In this document: positions 52,089-63,698 of the stretch, piece after piece | Layout of the letters: the number at the start of each line of letters is the position of its first letter | How positions within the stretch are numbered: the first letter of the stretch is position 1 | Assembly: GCF_046105845.1 (NCBI RefSeq) | Contig: NZ_CP151004.1 | Length of the DNA stretch: 64,000 nt | Source: Escherichia coli | Lineage (GTDB): Bacteria > Pseudomonadota > Gammaproteobacteria > Enterobacterales > Enterobacteriaceae | Reading direction: 5' to 3' (one strand) | Program-made: the position numbers and the translations under genes | Notes under the pieces: generated by a model | Told to the model about the DNA's origin: nothing | The model's database searches: none | What the model saw: only the letters and a program-made list of their open reading frames with translations

Positions 52089-52936
52089 TGGCGGATTCGA
52101 ATCTCAATGTGCCGGTAATCATCCAAGCTACGCGGCTCGATACATCAATCCTTCCACGCAATATCTTCTCGCAGTCATATCTGCTGTACGTTATTGCACA
52201 GGGTACTGATGTTGGTAACGTGGCTAACAAGGCCAACGAGGCCGGACAGGGCGCTTATGATGCACAAGTCAGGAACGATGAGCAGGATGTGATTCTCGCT
52301 GACCATGAGCAGCGAATTTCTGCTGCGGAAGCAACGCTTGTTAATCATGAGGAGCGAATCAGCCAGGCAGAATCAACTCTTCAGGAACATGAAACGCGAA
52401 TCGCTCAGAATGAAAGCGATATTGCGTCGCTTGATACCAGAGTTCAGTCGCTGGAATCGCAGGTTTCAGAACATGAAACGCGCATCGATGCTCTGGAGTA
52501 TGCCACTACTCGCAAGAAGTCAGAGGTTGTTTACTCTGGCGTATCAGTAACCATCCCGACAGCGCCGACCAACCTTGTTAGCCTGCTGAAAACGCTCACG
52601 CCGTCATCCGGCTCGTTGACACCATTCTTCGACACCGTTAACAACAAGATGGTTGTGTTCAACGAGAACAAAACCCTGTTCTTCAAGCTGTCGATTGTCG
52701 GGACGTGGCCCAGCGGAACCGCCAACAGGTCAATGCAGCTAACCTTTTCCGGCTCTGTTCCTGACACTCTGGTAAGCAGTCGTAACTCGGCGACAGCAAC
52801 CGATAACATCTTGTTAGCTACGTTCTTCAGCGTGGATAAAGACGGATTTCTTGCCACAAATGGCAGTACGTTAACCATCCAGTCAAATGGTGCGGCGTTT
52901 ACTGCCACAACCATCAAGATAATCGCGGAGCAGTGA
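52088..52936 (+). CDS. tail needle (P22 gp26 / Sf6 gp9-like) with C-terminal knob
   Basis: 282-aa ORF; conserved N-terminus ([34 protein letters not shown]) followed by trimeric coiled-coil heptads ([47 protein letters not shown]). Confidence 0.85.
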
Positions 52937-53391
52937 TGATTCAGTTCAAACCAACGCGAAACATCGACCTGATCGAAGCAGTCGGAAATCACCCTGACAT
53001 TATCGCCGGGAGCAACAACGGTGATGGATACGACTACAAACCTGATTGCCGTTACTTTGAGGTGAACGTGCACGGGCAGTTCGGCGGCATTGTTTACTAT
53101 CAGGAGATTCAGCCGCTGACATTCGATTGCCACGCCATGTACCTGCCAGAGGTTCGTGGATTCAGCAAGGAAATCGGGCTGGCGTTCTGGCGATACATTC
53201 TGACTAACACCACCGTTCAGTGCGTCACATCGTTCGCCGCACGCAAATTCCGCCACGGTCAGATGTACTGCGCAATGATTGGACTTAAGCGTGTAGGAAC
53301 CATCAAGAAATACTTCAAAGGCGTGGATGACGTGACATTTTACAGTGCTACACGCGAAGAACTAATCGAATTCCTGAATCACGGGAGATAG
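52933..53391 (+). CDS. head assembly protein (P22 gp14-like)
   Basis: 152-aa ORF in the gp14 position. Confidence 0.65.
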   Translation: MMIQFKPTRNIDLIEAVGNHPDIIAGSNNGDGYDYKPDCRYFEVNVHGQFGGIVYYQEIQPLTFDCHAMYLPEVRGFSKEIGLAFWRYILTNTTVQCVTSFAARKFRHGQMYCAMIGLKRVGTIKKYFKGVDDVTFYSATREELIEFLNHGR

Positions 53392-53393
53392 CC

Positions 53394-54086
53394 ATGTTAT
53401 ATGCATTTAAGCTGGGCAGAAAACTGCGCGGCGAGGAACCTTATTGCCCTGAAAAAGGCGGGAAAGGTGGCAGCTCTGATAAAAGCGCAAAGTATGCAGC
53501 AGAAGCTCAGAAGTATGCCGCAGACCTGCAAAATCAGCAGTGGCAGACGATCATGAAAAACCTTGCTCCGTTCACGCCACTCGCTCAGCAGTACGTATCA
53601 CAATTGCAGAATCTTTCCTCTCTTCAGGGGCAAGGCCAGGCACTTAACCAGTATTACAACTCTCAGCAGTACAAAGATCTTGCTGGTCAGGCTCGCTATC
53701 AGAGTCTGACTGCAGCGGAAGCAACAGGTGGATTGGGTTCCACTGCAACCGGTAATCAGTTAGCAACAATCGCACCAACGCTTGGTCAGCAGTGGCTGTC
53801 TGGTCAGATGAACAACTACCAGAATCTGGCAAACGTTGGGCTTGGTGCTCTGCAAGGTCAGGCAAACGCAGGGCAGACATATGCCAACAACATGAGTCAG
53901 ATTTCGCAGCAAAGTGCGGCTCTTGCAGCGGCAAATGCCAACAGACCATCAGCAATGCAATCTGCTATTGGCGGAGGTGCGTCTGGTGCTATTGCTGGGG
54001 CCGGACTTGCGAAATTAATTGGTTCATCAACTCCGTGGGGGGCTGCGATCGGCGGCGGTCTTGGTCTGCTTGGCTCGTTGTTTTAA
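53394..54086 (+). CDS. ejection (internal virion) protein, P22 gp7-like
   Basis: 230-aa Gln/Ala-rich ORF with Gly-rich hydrophobic C-terminus. Confidence 0.7.
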   Translation: MLYAFKLGRKLRGEEPYCPEKGGKGGSSDKSAKYAAEAQKYAADLQNQQWQTIMKNLAPFTPLAQQYVSQLQNLSSLQGQGQALNQYYNSQQYKDLAGQARYQSLTAAEATGGLGSTATGNQLATIAPTLGQQWLSGQMNNYQNLANVGLGALQGQANAGQTYANNMSQISQQSAALAAANANRPSAMQSAIGGGASGAIAGAGLAKLIGSSTPWGAAIGGGLGLLGSLF

Positions 54087-54096
54087 GGGGTAATCA

Positions 54097-55512
54097 ATGG
54101 CTACGTGGCAACAGGGTATTAATTCTGGTGGTTTTCTGGCTGGCATCGGTACGCAAAATGAGAATGCGCCAAAGGCAAGCGACATTAACGCAACGCTTGG
54201 TCTGATCCGCGAAAACAATGAACTGGCTCGCTCAGGTGCAAATAACGTTAGTCTGACCGCGTTACGTGGTCTGGCTGGAGTTGCTGATATTTACAATCAG
54301 GAACAGCAACAGAAAGCGATTAGTGCGTTCAATAAGGTTCACGCTGATGCATGGGCTTCTGGTGATCCATCGGGACTATTTAAGTTTGCCCAGGAAAATC
54401 CAGCGTTTGTTGCACAGGCACAACAGGCGTTTTCCGGTCTTAATGATCAGCAACGCAACGATATGGGCGATTTAGCCATGAGGGCTAACGTCGCTCTTTC
54501 TCAGGGACCGGAAGCCTACAGTAAATTCATTACTGACAACAAGGACAGGTTAAATCGCGTGGGGGCGAATGCTGACTGGATGATTCAGACAGGTATCCAG
54601 AATCCAGAGCAGCTATCACACATGCTGACTACTATGTCTCTCGGTGCGCTTGGACCAGAAAAGGCGTTTGCTGTTCAGGACAAGATGGCTGGTCGTGAAA
54701 TTGACCGAGGCAAACTTGCAGAGACAATCCGCAGCAATCAGGCTGGAGAAGCACTTCAGGCGAGAGGGCAAAACCTTTCCTATCAGTCAGCAATGACTGG
54801 ACACAATATCGCAGCACAACGCTTGGCTCTGGATCAGCAAGAGTTCGGGTTTAAGATGCAGCAAGCGCAGGAAAAGGCTCAGCAGTTGATTAGCGAAGCA
54901 CCTAAGCTGTCAGTAAACATGGAAAAAGGCATCGAGACGGCTGTAAACAATGCCACAGCATCATCAAACTCAGCCAATTCCATGAGTGCGCTTGCTCAAC
55001 AGTTCAGAGCAGAAAAACCAACGACAGGTTTGTTCGGTAACGCACAGAACATGTTCGCAAAACTTACCGGAAGCGATACGACATTGCGTGATTTGCGCAT
55101 TCGCCAAAATGCCCTTGTTAACAGTCAGGTTCTTAAATTCCTACCTCCCGGCCCAGCAACGGATAAAGACGTTGAGATCGTTAGACAGGGTGCGCCAACT
55201 GACATGGATAACCCTGAGACGGTCGCAAGATGGCTTGATGCAATGGCAAACCTTGAGCGACGAAACGCGCAGTTTAATGAGTTTAAAGCTGAGTGGATGA
55301 GCGCGAATGGCAACCCTGGACAATCGCGTAATGGCGGTCAGATATTGGGGTTGGATGTTAAAAAAGGTGAATCATTGGGGAGTGCCGTTAAGCGGTATAT
55401 GTCATTGAATACTGACGCAGCGCCAGCACAAGATTCGATACCTTCAGGAGAACCACGGAATCAGGTTGGATCATATACCTCAAAATCAGGCATTCAATTT
55501 ACGGTGGAATGA
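54097..55512 (+). CDS. ejection protein, P22 gp20-like
   Basis: 471-aa ORF, same length and position as P22 gp20. Confidence 0.7.
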   Translation: MATWQQGINSGGFLAGIGTQNENAPKASDINATLGLIRENNELARSGANNVSLTALRGLAGVADIYNQEQQQKAISAFNKVHADAWASGDPSGLFKFAQENPAFVAQAQQAFSGLNDQQRNDMGDLAMRANVALSQGPEAYSKFITDNKDRLNRVGANADWMIQTGIQNPEQLSHMLTTMSLGALGPEKAFAVQDKMAGREIDRGKLAETIRSNQAGEALQARGQNLSYQSAMTGHNIAAQRLALDQQEFGFKMQQAQEKAQQLISEAPKLSVNMEKGIETAVNNATASSNSANSMSALAQQFRAEKPTTGLFGNAQNMFAKLTGSDTTLRDLRIRQNALVNSQVLKFLPPGPATDKDVEIVRQGAPTDMDNPETVARWLDAMANLERRNAQFNEFKAEWMSANGNPGQSRNGGQILGLDVKKGESLGSAVKRYMSLNTDAAPAQDSIPSGEPRNQVGSYTSKSGIQFTVE

Positions 55513-57350
55513 TGAAAGTAACTGCAAACGGAAAGACATTTACCTTCCCTGATGGTACGAGCACGGAAGATATTGGCACCGCCATTGATGAGTATTTTGC
55601 TGGTCAGGCTGTTCAGCAACAAACAGTTAATCAGGCCAATAATGCACCAACACGGGAAGAACCATCATTGATGCAACAAGCTGGCGATTGGCTCACAGGT
55701 GGTCAAAGTGCAGGGCAAATTGCAGAGCAGGCTGGTCGTGGTCTGGTAAACATACCATTTGACGTATTGCAGGGTGGCGCAAGTCTGATTAATGCAATCA
55801 GCCAGGGGCTTGGTGGCCCCAAGGTTTTGGACGATGTCTATCGTCCAGTAGATCGACCAACAGACCCTTATGCGCAAGCTGGAGAAACAATTGGCGGGTA
55901 TTTAGTTCCAGGAGTTGGAACTGCAGGAAGCATGGCTATTGGATCACTGGCAGAAGCCGCAAACCAGAAAGGCGATTTCGCGCAAAATGCAGCCATAAAC
56001 GCCGGAGTTAACCTTGCCGCTCAGGGTGTTCTTTCCGCAGCAGCAAAGGGAATAGGGCGTGGAATAACGGCTATAAAAGGCGATATCGCGCCAGAAGTAG
56101 CGAAAAAAATTGCCACCTCAGAATCGATGGGCGTGACACCAATGACATCTGATGTTATCCCGCCGAAAAATGCTTTCACTCGCGGCCTTACTCAGGATGC
56201 CGAGGGGGCTTTGCTCGGGACAGGCTCAAAGCGAGCGGAGCAATATGCAACGCGTAGTAAGTTGGTAAGTAATTATTTTGACCGTTTTGGTGAGTACAAC
56301 CCGGATGATGTGGTGAAATCTCTGACCACCACGTTAAGGGGACGGAAGGATGCCGCTGGCGCTGTTATCAATGACGTCACCAATAAAATGGGTAATGCCG
56401 CAGTTGATACCACAAACACTATGAATGCTCTGAATACAGCGATCGCAAGACAGGAACGGCTTGGGACGTCTGCCAATCAAAGCCTGCTTACATCCTTGCG
56501 TAACCTACGTGAAGAATTAGCAAACCCTGCAACTGATTTGGATGTTACGTTTGATCTCTTGCGTCAGCACAGAACAGCATTTAGATCTAATGTTCAGGGA
56601 GATGCTATGGTCTTCCCCAACCAGGCAAAAGCAGCTACCAATATGGTAGAGAATGCAATGTCAAAAGACCTTCGTAACGCAGTTGCTAAAAACCTCGGTG
56701 CATCAGACGCAGCAAAATACCTTAAAGCAAATTCAGATTATGCAAACGTTTATAATAAGGTGCTTAATAAAAACATTGCTAACAAGCTCAACAAGGCAAG
56801 CAGTGAAGCCAGTCCTGAACTTATAAATACCGTTGTATTAAGCAGAAAACCATCTGACGTGAAACGAATCTGGAGCGCATTGGATGATAAAGGGAAAGAT
56901 GCTATGCGTGCAGCTTACGTCAGCAAAATAGCGGAAAAGGCCGGTGACTCTCCAGCCAAGTTCATCACTGAAGTTAATAAGCTGAAATCTCAGTCAGGCG
57001 GTGAAATTTACAACACTATTTTTTCTGGAAAGCACATGAAAGAACTTGATGCTCTTCATGAAGTTCTGCAGCAAACAGCAAGGTCAGACACCGCAAATGT
57101 AGTAACTCAGACGGGGCAATCGCAAGCCAACAGGATAAGGACGATTGGCGCAACTGCGACTCTTGGCGTATCAATGGGGCTTGAGGCTGGTTTCGGTGCA
57201 ATGATGCGCTTGTATGAGTCTAAAGCAGCAAGAAACATGCTTCTCCGCCTTGCAAACGTCAAGCCTGGAACTCCGGCATATGAGCGAGCGTTAAATCAGG
57301 CTGCTAACGCCGTTCGCCCTCTCCTAACTAACGAAGCTACCAGGCAGTAG
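55509..57350 (+). CDS. ejection protein, P22 gp16-like
   Basis: 613-aa ORF in the gp16 position. Confidence 0.7.
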   Translation: MMKVTANGKTFTFPDGTSTEDIGTAIDEYFAGQAVQQQTVNQANNAPTREEPSLMQQAGDWLTGGQSAGQIAEQAGRGLVNIPFDVLQGGASLINAISQGLGGPKVLDDVYRPVDRPTDPYAQAGETIGGYLVPGVGTAGSMAIGSLAEAANQKGDFAQNAAINAGVNLAAQGVLSAAAKGIGRGITAIKGDIAPEVAKKIATSESMGVTPMTSDVIPPKNAFTRGLTQDAEGALLGTGSKRAEQYATRSKLVSNYFDRFGEYNPDDVVKSLTTTLRGRKDAAGAVINDVTNKMGNAAVDTTNTMNALNTAIARQERLGTSANQSLLTSLRNLREELANPATDLDVTFDLLRQHRTAFRSNVQGDAMVFPNQAKAATNMVENAMSKDLRNAVAKNLGASDAAKYLKANSDYANVYNKVLNKNIANKLNKASSEASPELINTVVLSRKPSDVKRIWSALDDKGKDAMRAAYVSKIAEKAGDSPAKFITEVNKLKSQSGGEIYNTIFSGKHMKELDALHEVLQQTARSDTANVVTQTGQSQANRIRTIGATATLGVSMGLEAGFGAMMRLYESKAARNMLLRLANVKPGTPAYERALNQAANAVRPLLTNEATRQ

Positions 57351-57369
57351 AAATGAACGCCAAGGAAGG

Positions 57370-57699
57370 CTATTTAATTCTCTTTTCAATGGCTGCAATT
57401 ATTGCTTTTCCTGATGTTTCAGGAGATTTTGTAGCCATATAAGACGAAAAAATCATGTCGGTCATTCTTTCATAACTTACTATTTCCCACTTAGCCAATG
57501 CATGGGACAGTTTGTAGTTGTCATCAGTTAGTGCCCTTATGGAATTTTTTAAGTGTTTATTCTCTTCTGTTAATCGCGCAATTTTTGTATCAATTTCATG
57601 TGAGCGATCTAATTCCTTAACCTGTTTCTTGAGGGCAGCTAACCCTGCATATAGTACGCAACAGGATATCCCAAGAGCGAGTACGACTATTTCTAACAC
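57370..57699 (-). CDS. hypothetical membrane-anchored coiled-coil protein (109 aa)
   Basis: N-terminal TM helix (MLEIVVLALGISCCVLYAGLAAL) plus coiled-coil; convergent with the ejection genes; low GC. Confidence 0.55.
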   Translation of the reverse strand: MLEIVVLALGISCCVLYAGLAALKKQVKELDRSHEIDTKIARLTEENKHLKNSIRALTDDNYKLSHALAKWEIVSYERMTDMIFSSYMATKSPETSGKAIIAAIEKRIK

Positions 57700-57817
57700 A
57701 CCAACCTCCTTAGTTTTTCGCAGGATACCATGAAAAAAGTAAACATCTTTTGCCTACTTCACATTTGAATGGTTTGTCATTAGGATGTTTCCGGTTTTTT
57801 CAAATATGGAAATTGAT

Positions 57818-58237
57818 ATGAAGAGGATTATCGGCGTTGTTGCTGGCGCTATATTGTTATCTGGGTGCGCAACTATTGTTGGTGACGAAACACAGCTCGT
57901 GCAAGTGAACAGCAATCCTTCCGGTGCGAGCTTTAAAGTAAAAGACGAATCAGGCGTGATTGTTGCGCAAGGCAAGACCCCGCAAGGAGTAACTCTTGCC
58001 AAGTCAGATGGGAGTTATTTTGGCAAAAAGAGCTACCAGATCACTATGGAAAAGGATGGGTACGAACCAGTTACCCTGCCAATCAAAGCCAATGCTAATG
58101 GTTGGTATATTGGTGGAAACCTTGTGTTTGGTGGGTTAATTGGTTGGCTTGCTGTAGATCCTTTTAATGGTGGGATGTATACCTTGAAGCCAAAAGAGGC
58201 AAACGCATCTCTTATACCATCAACAAAGCAAGACTAA
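57818..58237 (+). CDS. predicted lipoprotein with PEGA-like beta domain and Gly-zipper C-terminus (140 aa)
   Basis: Signal peptide and lipobox MKRIIGVVAGAILLSGC; PSGASFKVKDESGVIVAQGKTPQGVTL...KDGYEPVTLPI resembles a PEGA domain; ORF track offers a longer 57785 start. Confidence 0.6.
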   Translation: MKRIIGVVAGAILLSGCATIVGDETQLVQVNSNPSGASFKVKDESGVIVAQGKTPQGVTLAKSDGSYFGKKSYQITMEKDGYEPVTLPIKANANGWYIGGNLVFGGLIGWLAVDPFNGGMYTLKPKEANASLIPSTKQD

Positions 58238-58245
58238 TAAATAGG

Positions 58246-58268
58246 ACCCACCTTCAGGTGGGTTTTTT
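58246..58268 (+). terminator. terminator after the lipoprotein gene, overlapping the mnt 3' end
   Basis: ACCCACC-TTCA-GGTGGGT hairpin followed by TTTTTT. Confidence 0.65.
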
Positions 58269-58505
58269 GTACAAATCCTTCAGCGTATCAAACACCATCT
58301 TCTTAACAAGCTCTGACTGCTCATCAGCGAGTCGTTCTGCATCGTCGCGATATCCAGTCACAGGCGATGGTTTTGATAGAGCATCTTGGACGATTTGTAA
58401 CAACTCGGAGTTCATTGATCTCCCATTCGCCTCCGCCCTGAATTTTAATTTCTCCCTTACTTCCATAGGCATACGGAAGTTAAAGTGCGGATCATCTCTA
58501 GCCAT
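58254..58505 (-). CDS. mnt: Mnt repressor (ribbon-helix-helix), immI
   Basis: 83-aa ORF MARDDPHFNFRMPMEVREKLKFRAEANGRSMNSELLQIVQDALSKP... near-identical to recalled P22 Mnt. Confidence 0.9.
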   Translation of the reverse strand: MARDDPHFNFRMPMEVREKLKFRAEANGRSMNSELLQIVQDALSKPSPVTGYRDDAERLADEQSELVKKMVFDTLKDLYKKPT

Positions 58506-58527
58506 GCCATCACTCCAAGTTAGTGTA

Positions 58528-58579
58528 TTGACATGATAGAAGCACTCTACTATATTCTCAATAGGTCCACCGTGGACCT
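58528..58579. promoter_or_regulatory. Pant promoter with Oarc and Omnt operators
   Basis: TTGACA (58528-58533), 17-bp spacer, TATATT (58551-58556); Oarc ATGATAGAAGCACTCTACTAT (58533-58553) as recalled for P22; Omnt palindrome AGGTCCACCGTGGACCT (58563-58579). Confidence 0.8.
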
Positions 58580-58595
58580 ATATTGTGAGGTGAAT

Positions 58596-58757
58596 ATGAA
58601 AGGAATGAGCAAGATGCCGCAGTTCAATTTGCGGTGGCCTAAAGAAGTATTGGATTTGGTACGCAAGGTGGCGGAAGAGAATGGTCGGTCTGTTAACTCT
58701 GAGATTTATCAGAGAGTAATGGAAAGCTTTAAGAAGGAAGGGCGCATTGGCGCGTAA
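58596..58757 (+). CDS. arc: Arc repressor (ribbon-helix-helix), immI
   Basis: 53-aa product [53 protein letters not shown] matches recalled P22 Arc. Confidence 0.9.
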   Translation: MKGMSKMPQFNLRWPKEVLDLVRKVAEENGRSVNSEIYQRVMESFKKEGRIGA

Positions 58758-58825
58758 AGTTGAAGCCCCAACTGCGGGAACAGTCAGGGCTTCGGTATCA
58801 ACAAATCGGATTAGGAAATATTGAC

Positions 58826-59704
58826 ATGAAAAGTATAGCAAAGGCACAAAACGATTTCACCATCTTCAAATTCGGCGACAGTGAAATCCGCGTCATCAAC
58901 AAATGCGGTGAGCCGTGGTTTGTAGCAAAAGATGTTTGTGATGCTTTAACCCTGACTAACTCACGCAAGGCGCTTACTGCACTTGATGACGATGAAAAGG
59001 GAGTAACTTTAAGTTACACCCTTGGTGGTGAGCAGAATCTAAGCATTGTTAGCGAATCAGGTATGTATACATTGGTTCTGCGCTGCCGCGATGCTGTCAA
59101 TAAAGGTTCGGTCCCGCACAAATTCCGCAAGTGGGTAACAGCAGAAGTTCTACCTTCAATTCGCAAACATGGCGAGTATGTGAAAGGCAAGAAAACCACT
59201 GTTGAGGAAAGAACGCCGCTACGCGATGCAGTAAACATGCTGGTAGGAAAGAAAGGACTTCGCTATGACGATGCATACAATATGGTTCATCAGCGTTTTG
59301 GTATTGACAGCATTGATGAACTTTCAATTGAACAAATCCCGCTGGCCGTAGAGTACATCCACAGGGTAGTGCTTGAAGGCGAGTTTATCGGCAAACAAGA
59401 GAAGAAAGCAAACGAGCTTTCTGCAAAAGAAGCAAACAGCCTTGTATGGCTATGGGATTATGCTAACCGTTCACAGGCATTATTCCGCGAACTGTATCCG
59501 GCATTAAAACAAATTCAATCGAACTATTCCGGCAGATGCTACGACTACGGTCATGAATTCTCGTATGTTATCGGAATGGCGAGAGACGTTTTAATCAATC
59601 ACACACGAGATGTTGATATCAATGAGCCAGACGGACCAGCGAATCTTTCCGCATGGATGAGACTTAAGAATAAAGAATTACCTCCTTCAGTACATAACTA
59701 CTGA
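58826..59704 (+). CDS. ant: antirepressor Ant
   Basis: About 292-aa ORF from [41 protein letters not shown], immediately downstream of arc. Confidence 0.8.
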   Translation: MKSIAKAQNDFTIFKFGDSEIRVINKCGEPWFVAKDVCDALTLTNSRKALTALDDDEKGVTLSYTLGGEQNLSIVSESGMYTLVLRCRDAVNKGSVPHKFRKWVTAEVLPSIRKHGEYVKGKKTTVEERTPLRDAVNMLVGKKGLRYDDAYNMVHQRFGIDSIDELSIEQIPLAVEYIHRVVLEGEFIGKQEKKANELSAKEANSLVWLWDYANRSQALFRELYPALKQIQSNYSGRCYDYGHEFSYVIGMARDVLINHTRDVDINEPDGPANLSAWMRLKNKELPPSVHNY

Positions 59705-59804
59705 CAGATAACCAACGCGACAACCCAGCTTCGGCTGGGTTTTTTTATGCCCAAAATTCATCGTAGCCATGCTTCGGTGATTCCTTGTATCTGGAGCAAA
59801 TTAA

Positions 59805-62144
59805 ATGACAGATTCAATAAATGCCAATGTTGTGGTAAGCATGCCTTCGCAACTCTTCACTATGGCTCGTTCTTTTAAAGCCGTAGCCAATGGCAAAATT
59901 TATATCGGTAAAATTGACACGGACCCGGTAAATCCTGAAAACCAGATTCAGGTTTATGTGGAGAACGAAGACGGTTCTCACGTTCCTGTTTCGCAACCAA
60001 TAATCATTAACGCTGCTGGATATCCGGTATATAACGGACAGATTGCCAAATTCGTTACCGTGCAAGGCCATTCTATGGCTGTTTATGATGCGTATGGTTC
60101 GCAGCAGTTCTATTTTCCGAATGTGTTGAAGTACGACCCTGATCAGTTTTCCTTGTGGGCAAAGGGAAATTTCGAAATATCAGAATACAGTCGAATAATT
60201 GATGGCGATTTTGCGTCTGGATATACTATTACCAATAGAAAACAGGTCCTTAAATACACTGATGGACTTTATTACCAATGGCTTGGTTCCCTTCCGAAAA
60301 CTGTAGCGCCAACAGAAAATCCAAATCTTAATAGTCAATGGTTATGCGTCATGGATGGTTCTAATTTCAATGATGCGATCATGTGCAGTCGCTACATTCA
60401 TAGCGGAGTTGACTGCGCATCGGTAATAAATAAATTACAAATATTATCAGAATATAAAAGGGTTCCTCTAGATTTTAGAGGTATAGATGTGATCTCGTTT
60501 AGTGGTAGTGTGCAAATTGGCGACTGGTTTCATTGGATTGGTGCAGGGAAGTCAAGTACTACTATCAGACCAATCTCACTAACAAAGCAAGACGTTGAGA
60601 ATAATGGCTTTGGCTATTACTCTTGGTTCATCCGTAAGAACCCTGACAAGGATCTATATTTTGCGATGCTGCAGGATATTTGTTTTGATGGACAATACCA
60701 AGACGGTTACGAAATAAATAACATTGCGCCGCAGAAGATTATTCGCGCATTCTGCTGGCATTTCAATAACGGTGCCATTGGTCGCAATATTACTGCTTTA
60801 AGATGTCATTTCAAAAACTGCCCACATGAAGCATGGGAAGGATACACAACTAATGGTGGAATGATTGATGGTATTAATTATTTGTATTGTTCATCAGAGG
60901 GAACAGACCCAATGCTTACCGCTGTTGGATTCAATGCATTTAAGTGTATGAATGGCTCTATTGATTCACCTGGCGAATACGGTACATATACCATTAAAAA
61001 CATCTTCAGTTTCGGCAACACTGCTTTCGGCCATCGTACATTGAATGACTTTAAGAGAGGTTGCGAAAATTGGGTTATCGATGCATGCCAAACATTCGAC
61101 ATGAACGATTGCCATCACTCTACGGATGGTTCACGCCGTGGTGTATTCCTTGCTGGCAATATCGGAATTCAAACAGGAAAATCAAAAGCAACTAAAAATT
61201 TTCTTGAAATTCAAGGAGAGAATATTGATGTTCTTGGTGGAAAGTATGTTGCTGCAGCAACCAGTGTGGCTGGCTTGGCTGGTATATTCGTGACTAATTA
61301 CTCGTATCCTTCTGAGTCTACAGACTTCCAATCACAGCACATTCGAATTAAAAATGTCTATGTCGAAAGGGTAAACAATAATGCGGTACGCATTGTCAAT
61401 GGGTATGACATCAACGTTGAAGATATCACGGCTGTTAGCTGTAACGGTGTTGGTGTATCATTCGAATTTGTGCCTGGACTAATTAGCGGAATTGACAATC
61501 AAGAGATAAAACCAAGATTTAACTCTGTAGGTAAGATCATAACTAGTTCGTGTTCAGGTGAAGTGCTTGTAGACAATAACCAAGACGTATTTATCACTGC
61601 CAATAGCCAGAATACAGGAGGTGGTTTTCGTGTTGGAAGAAGTGATGCTGTCCATAGTACTAACCCTCTACCGATGCGTTCCATAGCTGGTCATATTCTA
61701 GCTAATCAGGATAGATTTTTTCAGTCTGTTATATCTATTGCGCCAGAGAAAACAGATGCAACTACAAAGCCTGTAGGTACGCCTTATGCATTCACTCTTA
61801 ACGATAAGAATACCGCATCAGTACAGAGTTTATTAGTGGCAACACTTCGAGTAGCTCAACGAAGCGCTGTCTATGTAAGACTATGGACGTTATCAGAAAC
61901 ATCAATATCATCGGCGGTCATTTTTCGCGAATTGGATTCTACAGGTAATTCGTTATCTAATACTGCAATAAAATTATTATCTGATAATTCGTGGCTTGAG
62001 CGTCAGGCAATATATCATGTTAAAAGATCAGAATGTGTAGCTGTAGAGGTTTTTCTTGCTCCTGCTTGTGATGAACGCATGGATATTTCCTTGACAGGAA
62101 CAACTAGTTTTGCTGATGTTAGAGTAAGTAATTATCCAATCTGA
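59805..62144 (+). CDS. tailspike protein (P22 gp9-type head-binding N-terminus plus divergent receptor-binding domain)
   Basis: 779-aa ORF; the first ~110 aa ([47 protein letters not shown]...[10 protein letters not shown]) match the recalled P22 tailspike N-terminus, the remainder does not. Confidence 0.85.
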   Translation: MTDSINANVVVSMPSQLFTMARSFKAVANGKIYIGKIDTDPVNPENQIQVYVENEDGSHVPVSQPIIINAAGYPVYNGQIAKFVTVQGHSMAVYDAYGSQQFYFPNVLKYDPDQFSLWAKGNFEISEYSRIIDGDFASGYTITNRKQVLKYTDGLYYQWLGSLPKTVAPTENPNLNSQWLCVMDGSNFNDAIMCSRYIHSGVDCASVINKLQILSEYKRVPLDFRGIDVISFSGSVQIGDWFHWIGAGKSSTTIRPISLTKQDVENNGFGYYSWFIRKNPDKDLYFAMLQDICFDGQYQDGYEINNIAPQKIIRAFCWHFNNGAIGRNITALRCHFKNCPHEAWEGYTTNGGMIDGINYLYCSSEGTDPMLTAVGFNAFKCMNGSIDSPGEYGTYTIKNIFSFGNTAFGHRTLNDFKRGCENWVIDACQTFDMNDCHHSTDGSRRGVFLAGNIGIQTGKSKATKNFLEIQGENIDVLGGKYVAAATSVAGLAGIFVTNYSYPSESTDFQSQHIRIKNVYVERVNNNAVRIVNGYDINVEDITAVSCNGVGVSFEFVPGLISGIDNQEIKPRFNSVGKIITSSCSGEVLVDNNQDVFITANSQNTGGGFRVGRSDAVHSTNPLPMRSIAGHILANQDRFFQSVISIAPEKTDATTKPVGTPYAFTLNDKNTASVQSLLVATLRVAQRSAVYVRLWTLSETSISSAVIFRELDSTGNSLSNTAIKLLSDNSWLERQAIYHVKRSECVAVEVFLAPACDERMDISLTGTTSFADVRVSNYPI

Positions 62145-62152
62145 AAAGGCGA

Positions 62153-62180
62153 GTCCACGCCCGCCTTTTTATTACCAACA
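62153..62180. terminator. bidirectional terminator between tailspike and acyltransferase genes
   Basis: GGCG-n6-CGCC hairpin flanked by an A-run and a T-run. Confidence 0.5.
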
Positions 62181-62203
62181 ACCATCTCATTTGTGAGGTG
62201 GTT

Positions 62204-63382
62204 TTACTGAAGTTTTCTTCTTGTGTATGTTAGTACATTAAATTTTTTAAACTTACTACACGGTGTCTCAATATATCTAAAACATAGCAATGATATAAGC
62301 GTGATAAACCCAGAGAGGATTATAATAATAGCTGAAAATACAAGGCTGTTAATTTGATTAACATAGCTAACCGGAAGTATTATTTTAAATGTTATAAAAA
62401 GTATAATGCCATGTAGAAGATACATGCTATATGTAGCTTCTCCAAAAACTTGACAGGTTTTTATCTTAAGAACTCCAAAAATATCGCATCCATTTGATAT
62501 CAGAATAAATGCAATACCACAGAGTGATATTGTTATTGGATTGTAAGGATTTGGAATTAAAAAACAAGTTACACATAAGATAACGATGACGAATAAGCTT
62601 GATAATATTTTATTGAAAGGCAAGCCGTTAGGCAGTTTGTGATTTATTTTTGCTGCCAGATAACCAAAAACAAATGATAAAATATGTATTTTTAATGATG
62701 GATAGAAAATAAAAGCAAATACACTCGCAATACTAAGAATTGTGTAAGTATTAAATTTGTCTCTTCTCATTATAAAAGCCATAAAAGGAAGAGATAAATA
62801 AAAAAACCATTCATAAACAAGTGACCACGGAACTCCGGCCATGATAAGCGACGTCTTGTGAAGACCGTTAACATCAGGCATTCCAAGGAAAGAAAAAGGA
62901 ACCCATCTCGCCATAGATATTATGAGATTGGCAATTCCTGTGTTAATTTTCCAATCAGAAACATAGAACACAATTATGAATAGTAGAGATAACGAAACCA
63001 GATACATAGGTGTTAGTCTCATTATTCTTGACCAAAATAAATCTTCCCAATTTACTGATTTATTCGAAATCAATTTCCCGAAGAACAAGAAGCCTGTAAT
63101 CATAAAAAAGAAAATAACAGCTATTTTTCCAATATTAGTATAAAATAACGAATCAGGATCAGACCAAACCCCAGTATGTATGTATTGCCACCAGAAACTG
63201 GAATGATGAAGGAAAACCATTAAAGCAAGAAATCCTCTAAGCCCATCAATTGATTCACTCCTTCCTTTGATAGGTGATAAGTGTGTTTCTGTGACAAATA
63301 TTCTTGCAACCGAAAGTGAAGTAATCACCGATAAAGAAGCAATTAAAAAGCCATTAAATCCGTCAAACATAGAAATCTCCAT
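62204..63382 (-). CDS. oac: integral-membrane acyltransferase (acyltransferase-3 family), probable O-antigen acetylase
   Basis: 392-aa polytopic ORF; very AT-rich; position between tailspike and integrase as recalled for Sf6 oac. Confidence 0.75.
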   Translation of the reverse strand: MEISMFDGFNGFLIASLSVITSLSVARIFVTETHLSPIKGRSESIDGLRGFLALMVFLHHSSFWWQYIHTGVWSDPDSLFYTNIGKIAVIFFFMITGFLFFGKLISNKSVNWEDLFWSRIMRLTPMYLVSLSLLFIIVFYVSDWKINTGIANLIISMARWVPFSFLGMPDVNGLHKTSLIMAGVPWSLVYEWFFYLSLPFMAFIMRRDKFNTYTILSIASVFAFIFYPSLKIHILSFVFGYLAAKINHKLPNGLPFNKILSSLFVIVILCVTCFLIPNPYNPITISLCGIAFILISNGCDIFGVLKIKTCQVFGEATYSMYLLHGIILFITFKIILPVSYVNQINSLVFSAIIIILSGFITLISLLCFRYIETPCSKFKKFNVLTYTRRKLQ

Positions 63383-63698
63383 TACCCCTGTGTTTTTTGT
63401 ACAATCAAAGATTTTGTGGGCACTAAGAAAATTAGTGTATATAAACCATGCTTAAATTGCATAAATATTGAATATGGCATCGATGGCTCACTATCCTTAC
63501 GTTATCAAAAAAATGTGTATACCGTGATTATGCTTGATAATTATTTGACCGCAGTGTTGTATAGTCTACTGCTTTCTAATCTACAAGCATCATGGCATAA
63601 ATCCAGTATCTAGAACTAATAAGATTAACAATTGGAGATCACAAGTGATTGGCTTAGTTCACTGAGCCATGCATTGTTACCCTCTGATTAAAGATTAA

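Noticed and set aside
52531-53256. 241-aa minus-strand ORF
   Set aside because: Antisense to the tail-needle and gp14-like genes; shadow ORF.
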